From Actinomycetospora sp. (lineage in GTDB: Bacteria; Actinomycetota; Actinomycetes; Mycobacteriales; Pseudonocardiaceae): a stretch of DNA of 64,000 bases. Within the stretch, counting starts at the first letter, position 1. Each line of letters begins with the position of its first letter. Position numbers and translations under genes: made by a program. Under the pieces are notes generated by a model, which was given only the letters and a program-made list of their open reading frames with translations, searched no databases and was not told where the DNA came from. This document shows, piece after piece, positions 43,309 through 52,259 of the stretch. The DNA lies in assembly GCF_036497585.1 (NCBI RefSeq), contig NZ_DASXJD010000196.1, positions 14,235 to 78,234 on the forward strand, given 5' to 3'.

Positions 43309-43878
43309 ATGCCCAGGGTGATCCACGTCTTCCGCCAGCCCGACCGGTTCGTCGCCGGCACGGTCGGGGAGCCCGGCGACCGCTCGTTCTACCTGCAGGC
43401 CTCCGAGTCGGCGCGCCGCGTGTCCGTGCTGCTCGAGAAGCAGCAGGTGTCGGTGCTCTCCGAGCGCATCGGCACGCTTCTCGAGGAGGTCTCCCGCCGC
43501 TTCGGTGCCGAGGTCCCGCCCACCACGCCGGAGAACGAGGTCGACACCTCGCCGCTCGAGGTCCCCGTCGAGGAGGAGTTCCGCGTCGGGACGATGGGGC
43601 TGGGCTGGGACGCCGAGTCCCGCAGCGTCGTCGTCGAGCTGCTCGCGGTCACCGAGGAGGAGGTCGACGAGTCGGTCGTGCTCGACGACACCGACGAGGG
43701 TCCCGACGCCCTGCGCGTGTTCCTGTCCCCGGAGCGGGCCCGCGCCTTCGCCACCCGGGCCGAGCGGGTCGTCTCCGCCGGCCGTCGCCTGTGCCCGCTG
43801 TGCACCCAGCCCCTGGACGCCGCCGGGCACGTGTGCCCGCGGCAGAACGGGTTCCGCCGGGTCGCCGCGGAGTCGTGA
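43309..43878 (+). CDS. DUF3090 family protein
   Basis: Translation FVAGTVGEPGDRSFYLQA..., and the C-terminal Cys motif CPLCTQPLDAAGHVCPRQNG. Confidence 0.85.
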   Translation: MPRVIHVFRQPDRFVAGTVGEPGDRSFYLQASESARRVSVLLEKQQVSVLSERIGTLLEEVSRRFGAEVPPTTPENEVDTSPLEVPVEEEFRVGTMGLGWDAESRSVVVELLAVTEEEVDESVVLDDTDEGPDALRVFLSPERARAFATRAERVVSAGRRLCPLCTQPLDAAGHVCPRQNGFRRVAAES

Positions 43879-43897
43879 GAGGGGATCGACGCCGCGC

Positions 43898-44779
43898 GTG
43901 ACCAGTCCCGGGAAGCACCAGGACCCCGAGGGCGGCAGCAACGATGCCGACGCCGTCGCCCGACTCACCGTCGACCAGGTCGAGGACCTGCTCCGACGCG
44001 GCACGCTCGAGGTGCAGGGGCGCATCACGGAGGCGTCGAACGCGACGCTGCTGTGCACCATCACCCTCGACGGGGTCGAGGGGCTCTGCGTCTACAAGCC
44101 GGTGCGCGGGGAGCGCCCGCTCTGGGACTTCCCCGACGGCACGCTCGCCGGCCGTGAGGTCGCGACCTACCTCATCAGCAAGGCCGCGGGGTTCGACGTC
44201 GTCCCGGCGACGGTGCACCGGGACGGCCCCTTCGGGCCGGGCATGGTGCAGCGGTGGATCGAGATCGACGAGGAGCGCGAGCTCGTCGACATCGTCGCGC
44301 CGCGCGACGTCGGGCCGCACTGGCGCACCGTGCTGCGGGCGCGTGGCGACGACGGCGAGCCGGCGCTGCTCGTGCACGCCGACGACCCGGCGCTGCGGGC
44401 GATGGCCGCCCTCGACGTCGTCGCGAACAACGCGGACCGCAAGGGCGGTCACGTGCTCGCCGGCGCCGACGGCCGCGTCTACGGCGTCGACCACGGCATC
44501 TGCCTGCACCAGAACACCAAGCTGCGCACCGTGCTGTGGGGCTGGGTGGGCGAGTCGCTCGGTGACGAGGTCACCGCAGGCCTGCAGGGCCTCCGCGCCG
44601 CGCTGTCCCCGGGCAACCGTGCCGGATCTCGTGGGCCTGCCCTCGGGGACGAGCTGAACGACCACGTCACGTGCACCGAGGTGAAGGCGCTGCGCTCCCG
44701 GGTGGACCGGCTGCTGCACGCCGGCGAACTGCCCGCGCCGACGGGCGGCTGGCCGCCGATCCCGTGGCCCGCCTTCTGA
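43898..44779 (+). CDS. SCO1664 family protein (kinase-fold-like)
   Basis: GTG 43898. Translation GRITEASNATLLC...CVYKPVRGERPLWDFP...NNADRKGGHVL...GVDHGICLH. Confidence 0.8.
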   Translation: MTSPGKHQDPEGGSNDADAVARLTVDQVEDLLRRGTLEVQGRITEASNATLLCTITLDGVEGLCVYKPVRGERPLWDFPDGTLAGREVATYLISKAAGFDVVPATVHRDGPFGPGMVQRWIEIDEERELVDIVAPRDVGPHWRTVLRARGDDGEPALLVHADDPALRAMAALDVVANNADRKGGHVLAGADGRVYGVDHGICLHQNTKLRTVLWGWVGESLGDEVTAGLQGLRAALSPGNRAGSRGPALGDELNDHVTCTEVKALRSRVDRLLHAGELPAPTGGWPPIPWPAF

Positions 44780-45756
44780 GCGGGCGACGGGAGCCCGTCC
44801 CCGCGGACTTCCGCCACCGGCTCGACTCCCAGCTGCTCGGCCCGATGGGCGCCCTGCAGCTGTGGTGGTCGTTCCCGCGCGACGAGGTCGCCCGCCGGGA
44901 CGCGCTCGCGGTGCCGATCACCCCGGACGCGCCGTTGCCCGAACCGGCCGCCGGAACCCTCGGGATCACCTGGCTCGGGCACGCGTCCGCGCTGCTGTGG
45001 GTCGACGGGGTCACCGTCCTCGTCGACCCGGTCCTCTCGCCCGGCATCCCCGGCGCCGCGCGACGGCTGACCCCGCCGGGCCGCACCGTCGAGGAACTGC
45101 CGCCCCTCGACACGGTGCTGCTCAGCCACGACCACTACGACCACCTCGACGTCCGCACCCTCGCCCGGCTCCCGCGCGACACCCGGGTGCTGGCCGGTCT
45201 GAACACCGGGCCGTTCCTGCGCGCCCGCGGGTTCACCCACGTCACCGAGCTCGACTGGTGGGACTCCGTCACGGTGCCGGGGCGCTCCGGGCCGGTCACG
45301 GTCGAGTTCGTCCCCGCCCGGCACTGGTCGCGGCGGACGGCGACCGACACCTGCCGTCGGCTCTGGGGTGGCTGGGTGGTGACCGCACCCGACGGCCGCG
45401 CGATCTACCACGCCGGGGACACCGCCACCGGACCCTTCCTGGCGCGCATCGCCGCCCGCCACCGCCGTCTCGAGATCGCGGCGCTGCCGGTGGGCGCCTA
45501 CCGGCCCCGGGCGCTGCTGCGCAGCGTGCACATGGACCCGACGGAGGCCGTGCGCGCCGCCGAGACCCTGGGAGCGCGCCGGATGGTGCCGGTGCACTGG
45601 GGCACGTTCGTGCTCTCCGGCGAGCCGGTGCTCGAGCCGCTCGAGCAGACCCGGCGGGAGTGGCGGCGCACCGGCCGCGCCCGCGCCGACCTCTGGGACC
45701 TGCCGATCGGGGGCTCCCGGGTCCTGGGAGCACGAGGGGACCCCCCGGCCCGGTAG
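44764..45756 (+). CDS. MBL-fold metallo-hydrolase
   Basis: HxHxDH motif (LLSHDHYDHLD), ITWLGHAS. Start is uncertain (GTG 44764 or ATG 44845). Confidence 0.8.
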   Translation: MARLLSGRREPVPADFRHRLDSQLLGPMGALQLWWSFPRDEVARRDALAVPITPDAPLPEPAAGTLGITWLGHASALLWVDGVTVLVDPVLSPGIPGAARRLTPPGRTVEELPPLDTVLLSHDHYDHLDVRTLARLPRDTRVLAGLNTGPFLRARGFTHVTELDWWDSVTVPGRSGPVTVEFVPARHWSRRTATDTCRRLWGGWVVTAPDGRAIYHAGDTATGPFLARIAARHRRLEIAALPVGAYRPRALLRSVHMDPTEAVRAAETLGARRMVPVHWGTFVLSGEPVLEPLEQTRREWRRTGRARADLWDLPIGGSRVLGARGDPPAR

Positions 45757-45793
45757 CGCGGCCGGATCCTCCGTTCGCGTACGGTTCCGGCAA

Positions 45794-47047
45794 GTGATGC
45801 GGCTGCTCGTCTGGGGAACCGCGGTCGTCGCGTACGTCCTCGCGGTGGTCGGACGCTCGGCGCTCGCGGCGACCGGTGTCACGGCGGCCCAGCGCTTCGA
45901 GGTCTCGGCCGCGACGCTCTCGCTGCTCGCCGTCCTCTCGCTCGCGGTCTACGCGGCCCTGCAGATCCCGGCGGGCGTGCTCGCCGACCGGTTCGGCGCC
46001 CGGCGGCTCATCGCCGGTGGCGCGGTGCTCGTCGCGGTCGGGCAGGCGGTGCTGGCGCTCGCGCCGTCGTTCCCGCTCGCGGTCTGCGGCCGGGTGCTCG
46101 CGGGCGCCGGCGACGCGGTGACGTTCGTGAGCATCCTGCGGTTGGTGCCCACCTGGTTCGCCCCGCGACGGGTGCCGCTGGTCAACCAGCTCTCGGGGAT
46201 CCTCGGCCAGCTCGGGCAGGCGGTGTCGGCGATCCCGCTCGCCGCGCTCGTGGTCTCCGACGGCTGGACCGCGGCCTACCTCTCGGCCGCCGGCGTGACC
46301 GGGCTGGTCGCGGCCACGGCGGCGCTGGTGCTGCGCGACGGCCCGATCGAGGCCCGGACCGCGCCGGACGACCGCCCCACCGGGCTCGGCGCGGTGGTGC
46401 GCTCGCCCGGCACGCGGCTGGGGTTCTGGTGCCACTTCGCCTCGCCGTTCGGCGGCAACGTGTTCGGGCTGCTGTGGGGCTTCCCGTTCCTCGTGAGCGC
46501 CGAGTACGTCCCGCCCGGTGTCGCCCGGGTGCTGACCAGCGGCGTCGTCGTGGTGAACGTCGTGATCGGGCCGCTGTTCGGCCTGGCGTCGGGGCGGTTC
46601 CCGCACCGCCGCGTCGCGCTGATCGCCGGGTCGGTGGCCGCGCAGGTCGTGGCGTGGGCGGTCGTGCTCGCGTGGCCGGGCACCGTGCCGTGGCCGGTGC
46701 TCGCGGCGCTCGTCGTGGTCCTCGGCAGCGGTGGCTCGGCGTCGTTGGTGGCGTTCGACGTGGCGCGGTCCGCGGTGGCGCCCTCGCAGGTGGGACGGGC
46801 GTCGGGGGTGGTCAACGTCGGGGGGTTCACGTCGTCGCTGCTGGTGGTGGCCCTCGTCGGGGTGCTGCTCGACCTGCAGGGCGCGGGTGCCCCGGTTGAC
46901 TGGACGACGACGGCGTTCGGGGTCGCGATGGCGGTGCACGTGCCGGTGGCCCTGGTCGGGCTGGCCGGGATGGCGCTGGCGGCCCGGCGGGTCCGGCGTG
47001 CGACACGTGCGGAGCGTCGTCCCGCCGAGCCGGCGCGCGTCGGCTGA
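45794..47047 (+). CDS. MFS transporter
   Basis: 417 aa, 12 helices. Translation IPAGVLADRFGARRL. Confidence 0.85.
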   Translation: MMRLLVWGTAVVAYVLAVVGRSALAATGVTAAQRFEVSAATLSLLAVLSLAVYAALQIPAGVLADRFGARRLIAGGAVLVAVGQAVLALAPSFPLAVCGRVLAGAGDAVTFVSILRLVPTWFAPRRVPLVNQLSGILGQLGQAVSAIPLAALVVSDGWTAAYLSAAGVTGLVAATAALVLRDGPIEARTAPDDRPTGLGAVVRSPGTRLGFWCHFASPFGGNVFGLLWGFPFLVSAEYVPPGVARVLTSGVVVVNVVIGPLFGLASGRFPHRRVALIAGSVAAQVVAWAVVLAWPGTVPWPVLAALVVVLGSGGSASLVAFDVARSAVAPSQVGRASGVVNVGGFTSSLLVVALVGVLLDLQGAGAPVDWTTTAFGVAMAVHVPVALVGLAGMALAARRVRRATRAERRPAEPARVG

Positions 47048-47088
47048 CCCCGGCCCGACCGTCGGGTCTGTTCCCCGCATGATCGCTC

Positions 47089-47131
47089 CCCGTAGCGGGT
47101 CCGGGCTCTGGGCGTCCGGTTCCGCTACGGG
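47089..47131 (+). terminator. hairpin after the MFS gene
   Basis: CCCGTAGCGG (47089-47098) and CCGCTACGGG (47122-47131) with a 23-nt loop. Confidence 0.3.
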
Positions 47132-47170
47132 AAGACGATCACGGTGGCTCAGTGGCCGGCCGCGCAGCGT

Positions 47171-47185
47171 GGGACCCGCGGTCCC
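47171..47185. promoter_or_regulatory. palindrome GGGACC-CGC-GGTCCC upstream of the AAA+/VWA pair
   Basis: Perfect 6-3-6 palindrome about 38 nt before the 47223 start. Confidence 0.25.
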
Positions 47186-47222
47186 ATGATCTGGGCGGCA
47201 CGAGCGCCGACGCCGTCGTAGC

Positions 47223-48692
47223 GTGGCGGAGGTGAGCTCTCCTCGCCCAGCCGCTCGTACCGCAGGCACCCCCGCCCCGCCGGCGGGCCTCCCCACGACC
47301 CTCGGTGAGCTCCGCGCGAGCGACCACCCCGCCAAGCCCCCCCGCAGCGTCCGCGACGAGCTGCGCGACAACCTGCTGACCACCCTCAAGGCCGGCGAGA
47401 ACCCGTGGCCCGGCATCGTCGGGTTCGAGCGCACCGTGCTGCCGCAGTTCGAGCGCGCGATCCTCGCGGGGCACGACGTCGTCCTGCTCGGCGAGCGCGG
47501 TCAGGGCAAGACCCGCCTGCTGCGCAGCCTCGTCGCGCTGCTCGACGAGTGGACCCCCGTCATCGAGGGCTCGGAGCTCGGCGAGCACCCCGAGCAGCCG
47601 ATCATTCCGGCGAGCATCCGCCGCGCGGCCGTCGAGGGCGACGCCCTCCCGGTCGGCTGGCGCCACCGCTCCGTGCGGTACGCCGAGAAGCTCGCGACGC
47701 CGGACACCTCCGTGGCCGACCTCATCGGCGACGTCGACCCGGTGAAGGTCGCCGAGGGCCGCAGCCTCGGGGACCCGGAGACGATCCACTACGGCCTCGT
47801 CCCGCGCACGCACCGCGGGATCGTCACGATCAACGAGCTGCCCGATCTCGCCGAGCGCATCCAGGTCGCACTGCTCAACGTCATGGAGGAGCGGGACATC
47901 CAGGTCCGCGGCTACACGCTGCGCCTGCCGCTGGACGTCCTCCTCGTCGCCAGCGCGAACCCCGAGGACTACACCAACCGCGGGCGGATCATCACCCCGC
48001 TCAAGGACCGCTTCGGCGCCGAGGTGCGCACCCACTACCCGCTGGAGGTCGCCGGCGAGGTCGCGCTGGTCCGGCAGGAGGCGCACACCGTCGCCGAGGT
48101 GCCCGACCACCTCGTCGAGGTGATCGCGCGCTTCACCCGCAACCTGCGCGGTGCCTCCGCGATCGACCAGCGCTCCGGGGTCTCGGCGCGGTTCTCCGTG
48201 GCCGCGGCCGAGACCGTGGCCGCCGCGGCGCTGCGCCGCGCCGCGGTGACCGGCGAGGACGCCGCCGTCGCCCGGCCGGTCGACCTCGAGGCCGTGGTGC
48301 CGGTGCTGCGCGGCAAGCTCGAGTTCGAGTCCGGCGAGGAGGGCCGCGAGGAGGAGCTGCTGACCCACCTGCTGCGCCGCGCGATCGCCGAGACCGCCCG
48401 CAAGCGGCTCGCGGGGGTGGACCTCGGCCCGCTCGCCGACGCCGTCGCCGAGGGCCGCCGGGTGGTGACGGGGGAGCGGGTGCCGGCCCGCGAGGTCGTC
48501 GCGACGCTGCCCGCCGTGCCGGTGGTGCGCACCGTCGCCGAGCGGCTCGGCGCGGGCGACACCGAGGCGCCCGGGCCGCTGGCCAGCGCCGTCGAACTGG
48601 CGCTGGAGCACCTGTACCTGACGCGCAAGCTGGCCAAGGACAGGGACGACTCAGCCGAGGATGGCGAGGGGAGGGTCACCTATGGCGGCTGA
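47223..48692 (+). CDS. AAA+ ATPase (Mg-chelatase ChlI/MoxR-like)
   Basis: Walker A GERGQGKTR, Walker B GIVTINELPDL, sensor region LLVASANPEDY. 489 aa. Confidence 0.85.
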   Translation: MAEVSSPRPAARTAGTPAPPAGLPTTLGELRASDHPAKPPRSVRDELRDNLLTTLKAGENPWPGIVGFERTVLPQFERAILAGHDVVLLGERGQGKTRLLRSLVALLDEWTPVIEGSELGEHPEQPIIPASIRRAAVEGDALPVGWRHRSVRYAEKLATPDTSVADLIGDVDPVKVAEGRSLGDPETIHYGLVPRTHRGIVTINELPDLAERIQVALLNVMEERDIQVRGYTLRLPLDVLLVASANPEDYTNRGRIITPLKDRFGAEVRTHYPLEVAGEVALVRQEAHTVAEVPDHLVEVIARFTRNLRGASAIDQRSGVSARFSVAAAETVAAAALRRAAVTGEDAAVARPVDLEAVVPVLRGKLEFESGEEGREEELLTHLLRRAIAETARKRLAGVDLGPLADAVAEGRRVVTGERVPAREVVATLPAVPVVRTVAERLGAGDTEAPGPLASAVELALEHLYLTRKLAKDRDDSAEDGEGRVTYGG

Positions 48693-50685
48693 GATCCCCG
48701 ACGACGACGCCGGCGGTGCGGGCCGTCCCGGGCCCGTCGGCCCCCGCTCCGGGCGCTACACCTATGGCCGGTTCTACGACGGCCCCGATCCGCTCGCCCC
48801 CCCGTTCGACCTCCGCGAGGCGATGGACGCGCTGGGCCGGGACGTCATGGAGGGCACCAGCCCGCGGCAGGCGATGCGCGAGCTGATGCGACGCGGGCTG
48901 CGCGACCAGCAGGGTCTCGACGACCTGCAGCGGCGGCTGTTCGAGCAGCGCCGCCAGCTGCAGCGCGAGAACCGGATCGACGGCACCCTCCAGGAGATCC
49001 GGGAGCTGCTGAACCAGGCCCTCGAGGCCGAGCGGAACTCGCTGCAGGCCGAGGACTCCGACGACGCCCGCTTCCGCGAGATGAGCCTCGACGCGCTGCC
49101 GGACTCCCCGGCGGGCGCGGTGCGCGAGCTGGAGAACTACGACTGGCGCAACGCCGAGGCGCGCCAGGCCTACCAGCAGATCCAGGACCTCCTCGGCCGG
49201 GAGGCGCTCGACCAGCGCTTCCAGGGCATGAAGGAGGCGATGGAGAACGCGACCCAGGAGGACGTCGACGGGGTCCGGGAGATGCTCTCCGACCTCAACG
49301 ACCTCCTCGACGCCCACGGGCGGGGCGAGGACACGGCCGAGCAGTTCGCCGAGTTCATGGAGAAGCACGGCCAGTACTTCCCGGAGAACCCGAGCAACGT
49401 CGAGGAGCTCGTCGACATCCTGGCGCAGCGGTCGGCGGCCGCCCAGCGGATGATGAACTCGCTCTCGGCCGAGCAGCGCGCCGAGCTCGAGGGCCTCATG
49501 CAGTCCGCGTTCGGCGACCCGCGCCTGGCCGATCAGCTCGCCCGGCTGGACTCCCAGCTGCAGGCGATGCGACCGGGGGAGGACTGGGACGGCCAGGGCC
49601 GGTTCCGCGGCGACAACCCCATGGGGATGGGTGAGGCGACGCGGGCCATGGAGCAGCTCGCGCAGCTGGACTCGCTCTCCGAGCAGCTCTCGCAGACCTA
49701 CCCGGGCGCCCGCATGGAGGACATCGACCTCGAGGCGCTCGAGGCGTCCCTCGGTCGGCAGGCCCGGGTGGACGCCCAGCGGCTCGCCGAGCTGGAGCGC
49801 GAGCTGGAGAACCAGGGCGTGTTCGAGCGCGCCCCGGACGGGTCGCTGATGCTCTCCCCGAAAGCCCTGCGCCAGCTCGGGCAGTCCGCGCTGCGCGACG
49901 TCGTCGGGTCGCTCTCGACGCGCCGCGGCGAGCGGGAGACGCAGCGCTCCGGCGCGGCGGGGGAGGCGAGCGGCGCGACGCGGCCGTGGTCGTTCGGGGA
50001 CACCGAGCGCTGGGACGTGTCGCGGACGCTGCTCAACGCCGAGATGCGGCACGCCGCCGGCGACGAGCGCGTCCTGGACGTCAGCGACGTCGAGATCGTC
50101 GAGACCGAGCAGCGCACCCGCGCGGCGGTGGCGCTGTGCGTGGACACGTCGTGGTCGATGGTGGCCGACGGCCGGTGGGTGCCGATGAAGCGCACCGCGC
50201 TGGCGCTGCACCACCTGGTCTCGACGCGCTTCCGCGGGGACGCGCTGCAGATCATCACCTTCGGGCGGCACGCCCGGACGGTGGATCTCGGCGAGCTCAC
50301 CGGCCTCGAGGGGGCGTGGGAGCAGGGCACGAACCTGCACCACGCGCTGCTGCTCGCGGGCCGGCACCTGCGGAAGAACTCCGACGCCGCCCCGGTGGTC
50401 CTCGTCGTCACCGACGGGGAGCCGACCGCACACCTCGAGCCCGACGGGCACGCCGTGTTCGACTACCCGCCGAGCCCGGAGACGCTGCGGGCGACGCTGA
50501 ACGAGGTGGACGCGATCTCCCGGCTCGGGGCGGCGCTCACGGTGTTCATGCTCGGGGAGGACGCCCGGCTCGAGGAGTTCGTCGACATGGTGGCCCGCCG
50601 CAGCGGCGGCCGAGTGGTGGCCCCGGACCTCGACGGTCTGGGGGCCGCGGTGGTCAGCGACTACCTCCACAGCCGACGGCGCTGA
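48682..50685 (+). CDS. VWA domain-containing protein with long acidic coiled-coil N-terminal region
   Basis: MIDAS motif DTSWSM and VVTDGEPTAH in the C-terminal domain. ATG 48682 overlaps the AAA+ stop (ATGGCGGCTGA). The alternative start is 48661. Confidence 0.85.
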   Translation: MAAEIPDDDAGGAGRPGPVGPRSGRYTYGRFYDGPDPLAPPFDLREAMDALGRDVMEGTSPRQAMRELMRRGLRDQQGLDDLQRRLFEQRRQLQRENRIDGTLQEIRELLNQALEAERNSLQAEDSDDARFREMSLDALPDSPAGAVRELENYDWRNAEARQAYQQIQDLLGREALDQRFQGMKEAMENATQEDVDGVREMLSDLNDLLDAHGRGEDTAEQFAEFMEKHGQYFPENPSNVEELVDILAQRSAAAQRMMNSLSAEQRAELEGLMQSAFGDPRLADQLARLDSQLQAMRPGEDWDGQGRFRGDNPMGMGEATRAMEQLAQLDSLSEQLSQTYPGARMEDIDLEALEASLGRQARVDAQRLAELERELENQGVFERAPDGSLMLSPKALRQLGQSALRDVVGSLSTRRGERETQRSGAAGEASGATRPWSFGDTERWDVSRTLLNAEMRHAAGDERVLDVSDVEIVETEQRTRAAVALCVDTSWSMVADGRWVPMKRTALALHHLVSTRFRGDALQIITFGRHARTVDLGELTGLEGAWEQGTNLHHALLLAGRHLRKNSDAAPVVLVVTDGEPTAHLEPDGHAVFDYPPSPETLRATLNEVDAISRLGAALTVFMLGEDARLEEFVDMVARRSGGRVVAPDLDGLGAAVVSDYLHSRRR

Positions 50686-51000
50686 ATTCAACGATGAGAC
50701 ATTCGATCACTTCGTGGCTCAGCGTGACATTGCGGCCAAGAGAGCCGTCGTGAACGGTGTGATCCACCCGAACGGCGCTAGCGGTGGGTTACTCTGGGAG
50801 TAGGCCGGAGTCGAACCCCCCGCGACTCCTGCCGCCCCGGCCGGGCCCTTCCGTTACGAGCGGGGCCGCCGTGCTCGCCCTCGACGGCCCTGTGGCAGGA
50901 CCCGGCCGGGTCCCACCCGTTCTTCGGACGCCGGGCCCGGACCGGTTCGCTGCCACACGGTTCGCCCCCCGAGCCGCGGGCCGGGGCTTAGGGTCGGGGC

Positions 51001-52251
51001 ATGCGCTCGTGGTCTTCGGTCGAGGTTCCCCCGGTGCCCGGCAACCCGCCCCCGCTGCGGCTCTTCGACACCTCGAGCGGTGAGATCCGGCCCACGGCCC
51101 CGGGCCCCTCGGGCGCCACGATGTACGTCTGCGGCATCACCCCGTACGACGCCACGCACCTCGGCCACGCCGCGACCTACCTGGCCTTCGACCTGGTCAA
51201 CCGGTGCTGGCGCGACGCCGGCCACGACGTCCACTACGTCCAGAACGTCACCGACATCGACGACCCGCTGCTCGAGCGCGCCGAGCGCGACAAGTTCGAC
51301 TGGATGGTCCTCGGGATGCGGGAGACCGCGCTCTTCCGCGAGGACATGGAGTCGCTGCGGGTGCTGCCGCCGCGCGACTACATCGGGGCGGTCGAGGCCG
51401 TCGACGAGATCTCGGAGCTCGTCGGGAAGCTGCTCGCCTCCGGCGCGGCCTACCGGGCCGACGACGCCGAGTTCCCCGACGTCTACTTCGACCACACCGC
51501 CACCGCCGACTTCGGCTACGTCTCGCGCTACTCGGAGGCGCGGATGACCGAGGTGTTCCCCGAGCGGGGCGGTGACCCGGACCGGCCGGGCAAGCGCCAC
51601 CCGCTCGACGCGCTGCTGTGGCGCATGGCCCGCGACGGCGAGCCGTCGTGGCCCTCCGACCTCGGCCACGGGCGTCCGGGCTGGCACGTCGAGTGCACCG
51701 CGATCGCGCTGAACCGGCTGGGGGACACCTACGACCTGCAGGGCGGCGGCTCCGACCTCGCCTTCCCGCACCACGAGTTCGGCTCCGCGCACGGCGAGGC
51801 CCTCACCGGGGTCCACCCCATGGCCCGGCACTACTGCCACGCCGGGATGATCGGGCTCGACGGCGAGAAGATGTCGAAGTCCAAGGGCAACCTCGTGTTC
51901 GTCTCGCGGCTGCGCGGCGACCGGGTCGACCCGATGGCGGTCCGCCTGGCGCTGCTCTCCGGGCACTGGCGCACCGACCGCTCCTGGACGGCCGACCTGC
52001 TCACCGGCGGCCAGGCCCGGCTGCACCGCTGGCGCGAGGCCGCCTCGCTCGACTCCGGACCGGACCCGGACGACGTCGTCGACCGGGTGCGGCTCCACCT
52101 CGCCGACGACCTCGACACCCCCGGGGCGCTCGCCGCGGTCGACGCCTGGGCCGAGGAGGCGCTGCGGCGGCCGGCATCGGGCGCCGCGGCCGGTGCCGGG
52201 CCACGGCTCGCACTCGCGGTCGACGCGCTGCTCGGCGTGACCCTGCACTGA
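51001..52251 (+). CDS. mshC: cysteine:1D-myo-inosityl 2-amino-2-deoxy-alpha-D-glucopyranoside ligase
   Basis: CysRS-like HIGH (THLGHAAT) and KMSKS motifs, with no anticodon-binding domain. 416 aa. Confidence 0.92.
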   Translation: MRSWSSVEVPPVPGNPPPLRLFDTSSGEIRPTAPGPSGATMYVCGITPYDATHLGHAATYLAFDLVNRCWRDAGHDVHYVQNVTDIDDPLLERAERDKFDWMVLGMRETALFREDMESLRVLPPRDYIGAVEAVDEISELVGKLLASGAAYRADDAEFPDVYFDHTATADFGYVSRYSEARMTEVFPERGGDPDRPGKRHPLDALLWRMARDGEPSWPSDLGHGRPGWHVECTAIALNRLGDTYDLQGGGSDLAFPHHEFGSAHGEALTGVHPMARHYCHAGMIGLDGEKMSKSKGNLVFVSRLRGDRVDPMAVRLALLSGHWRTDRSWTADLLTGGQARLHRWREAASLDSGPDPDDVVDRVRLHLADDLDTPGALAAVDAWAEEALRRPASGAAAGAGPRLALAVDALLGVTLH

Positions 52252-52259
52252 GGGATCGG

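Noticed and set aside
48676-50691. 671-aa minus-strand ORF
   Set aside because: It is antisense to the VWA gene, which has MIDAS motifs. It is a shadow ORF.
50801-50830. tRNA-like T-arm/acceptor look-alike (GGTTCGACTCC...CCTACTCCCA on the minus strand)
   Set aside because: The putative T-stem arms are not complementary. There is no matching 5' acceptor strand (CCTACTCC has no GGAGTAGG partner in the right place), and no D or anticodon arm. It is better explained as a simple 7-bp hairpin.
50892-50925. Minus-strand GAACGGGTGGGACCCGG resembling the T-box consensus GGGTGGTACCGCG
   Set aside because: The orientation is wrong, with no minus-strand gene downstream. It is part of a perfect palindrome, and no Stem I, specifier or antiterminator architecture could be built.
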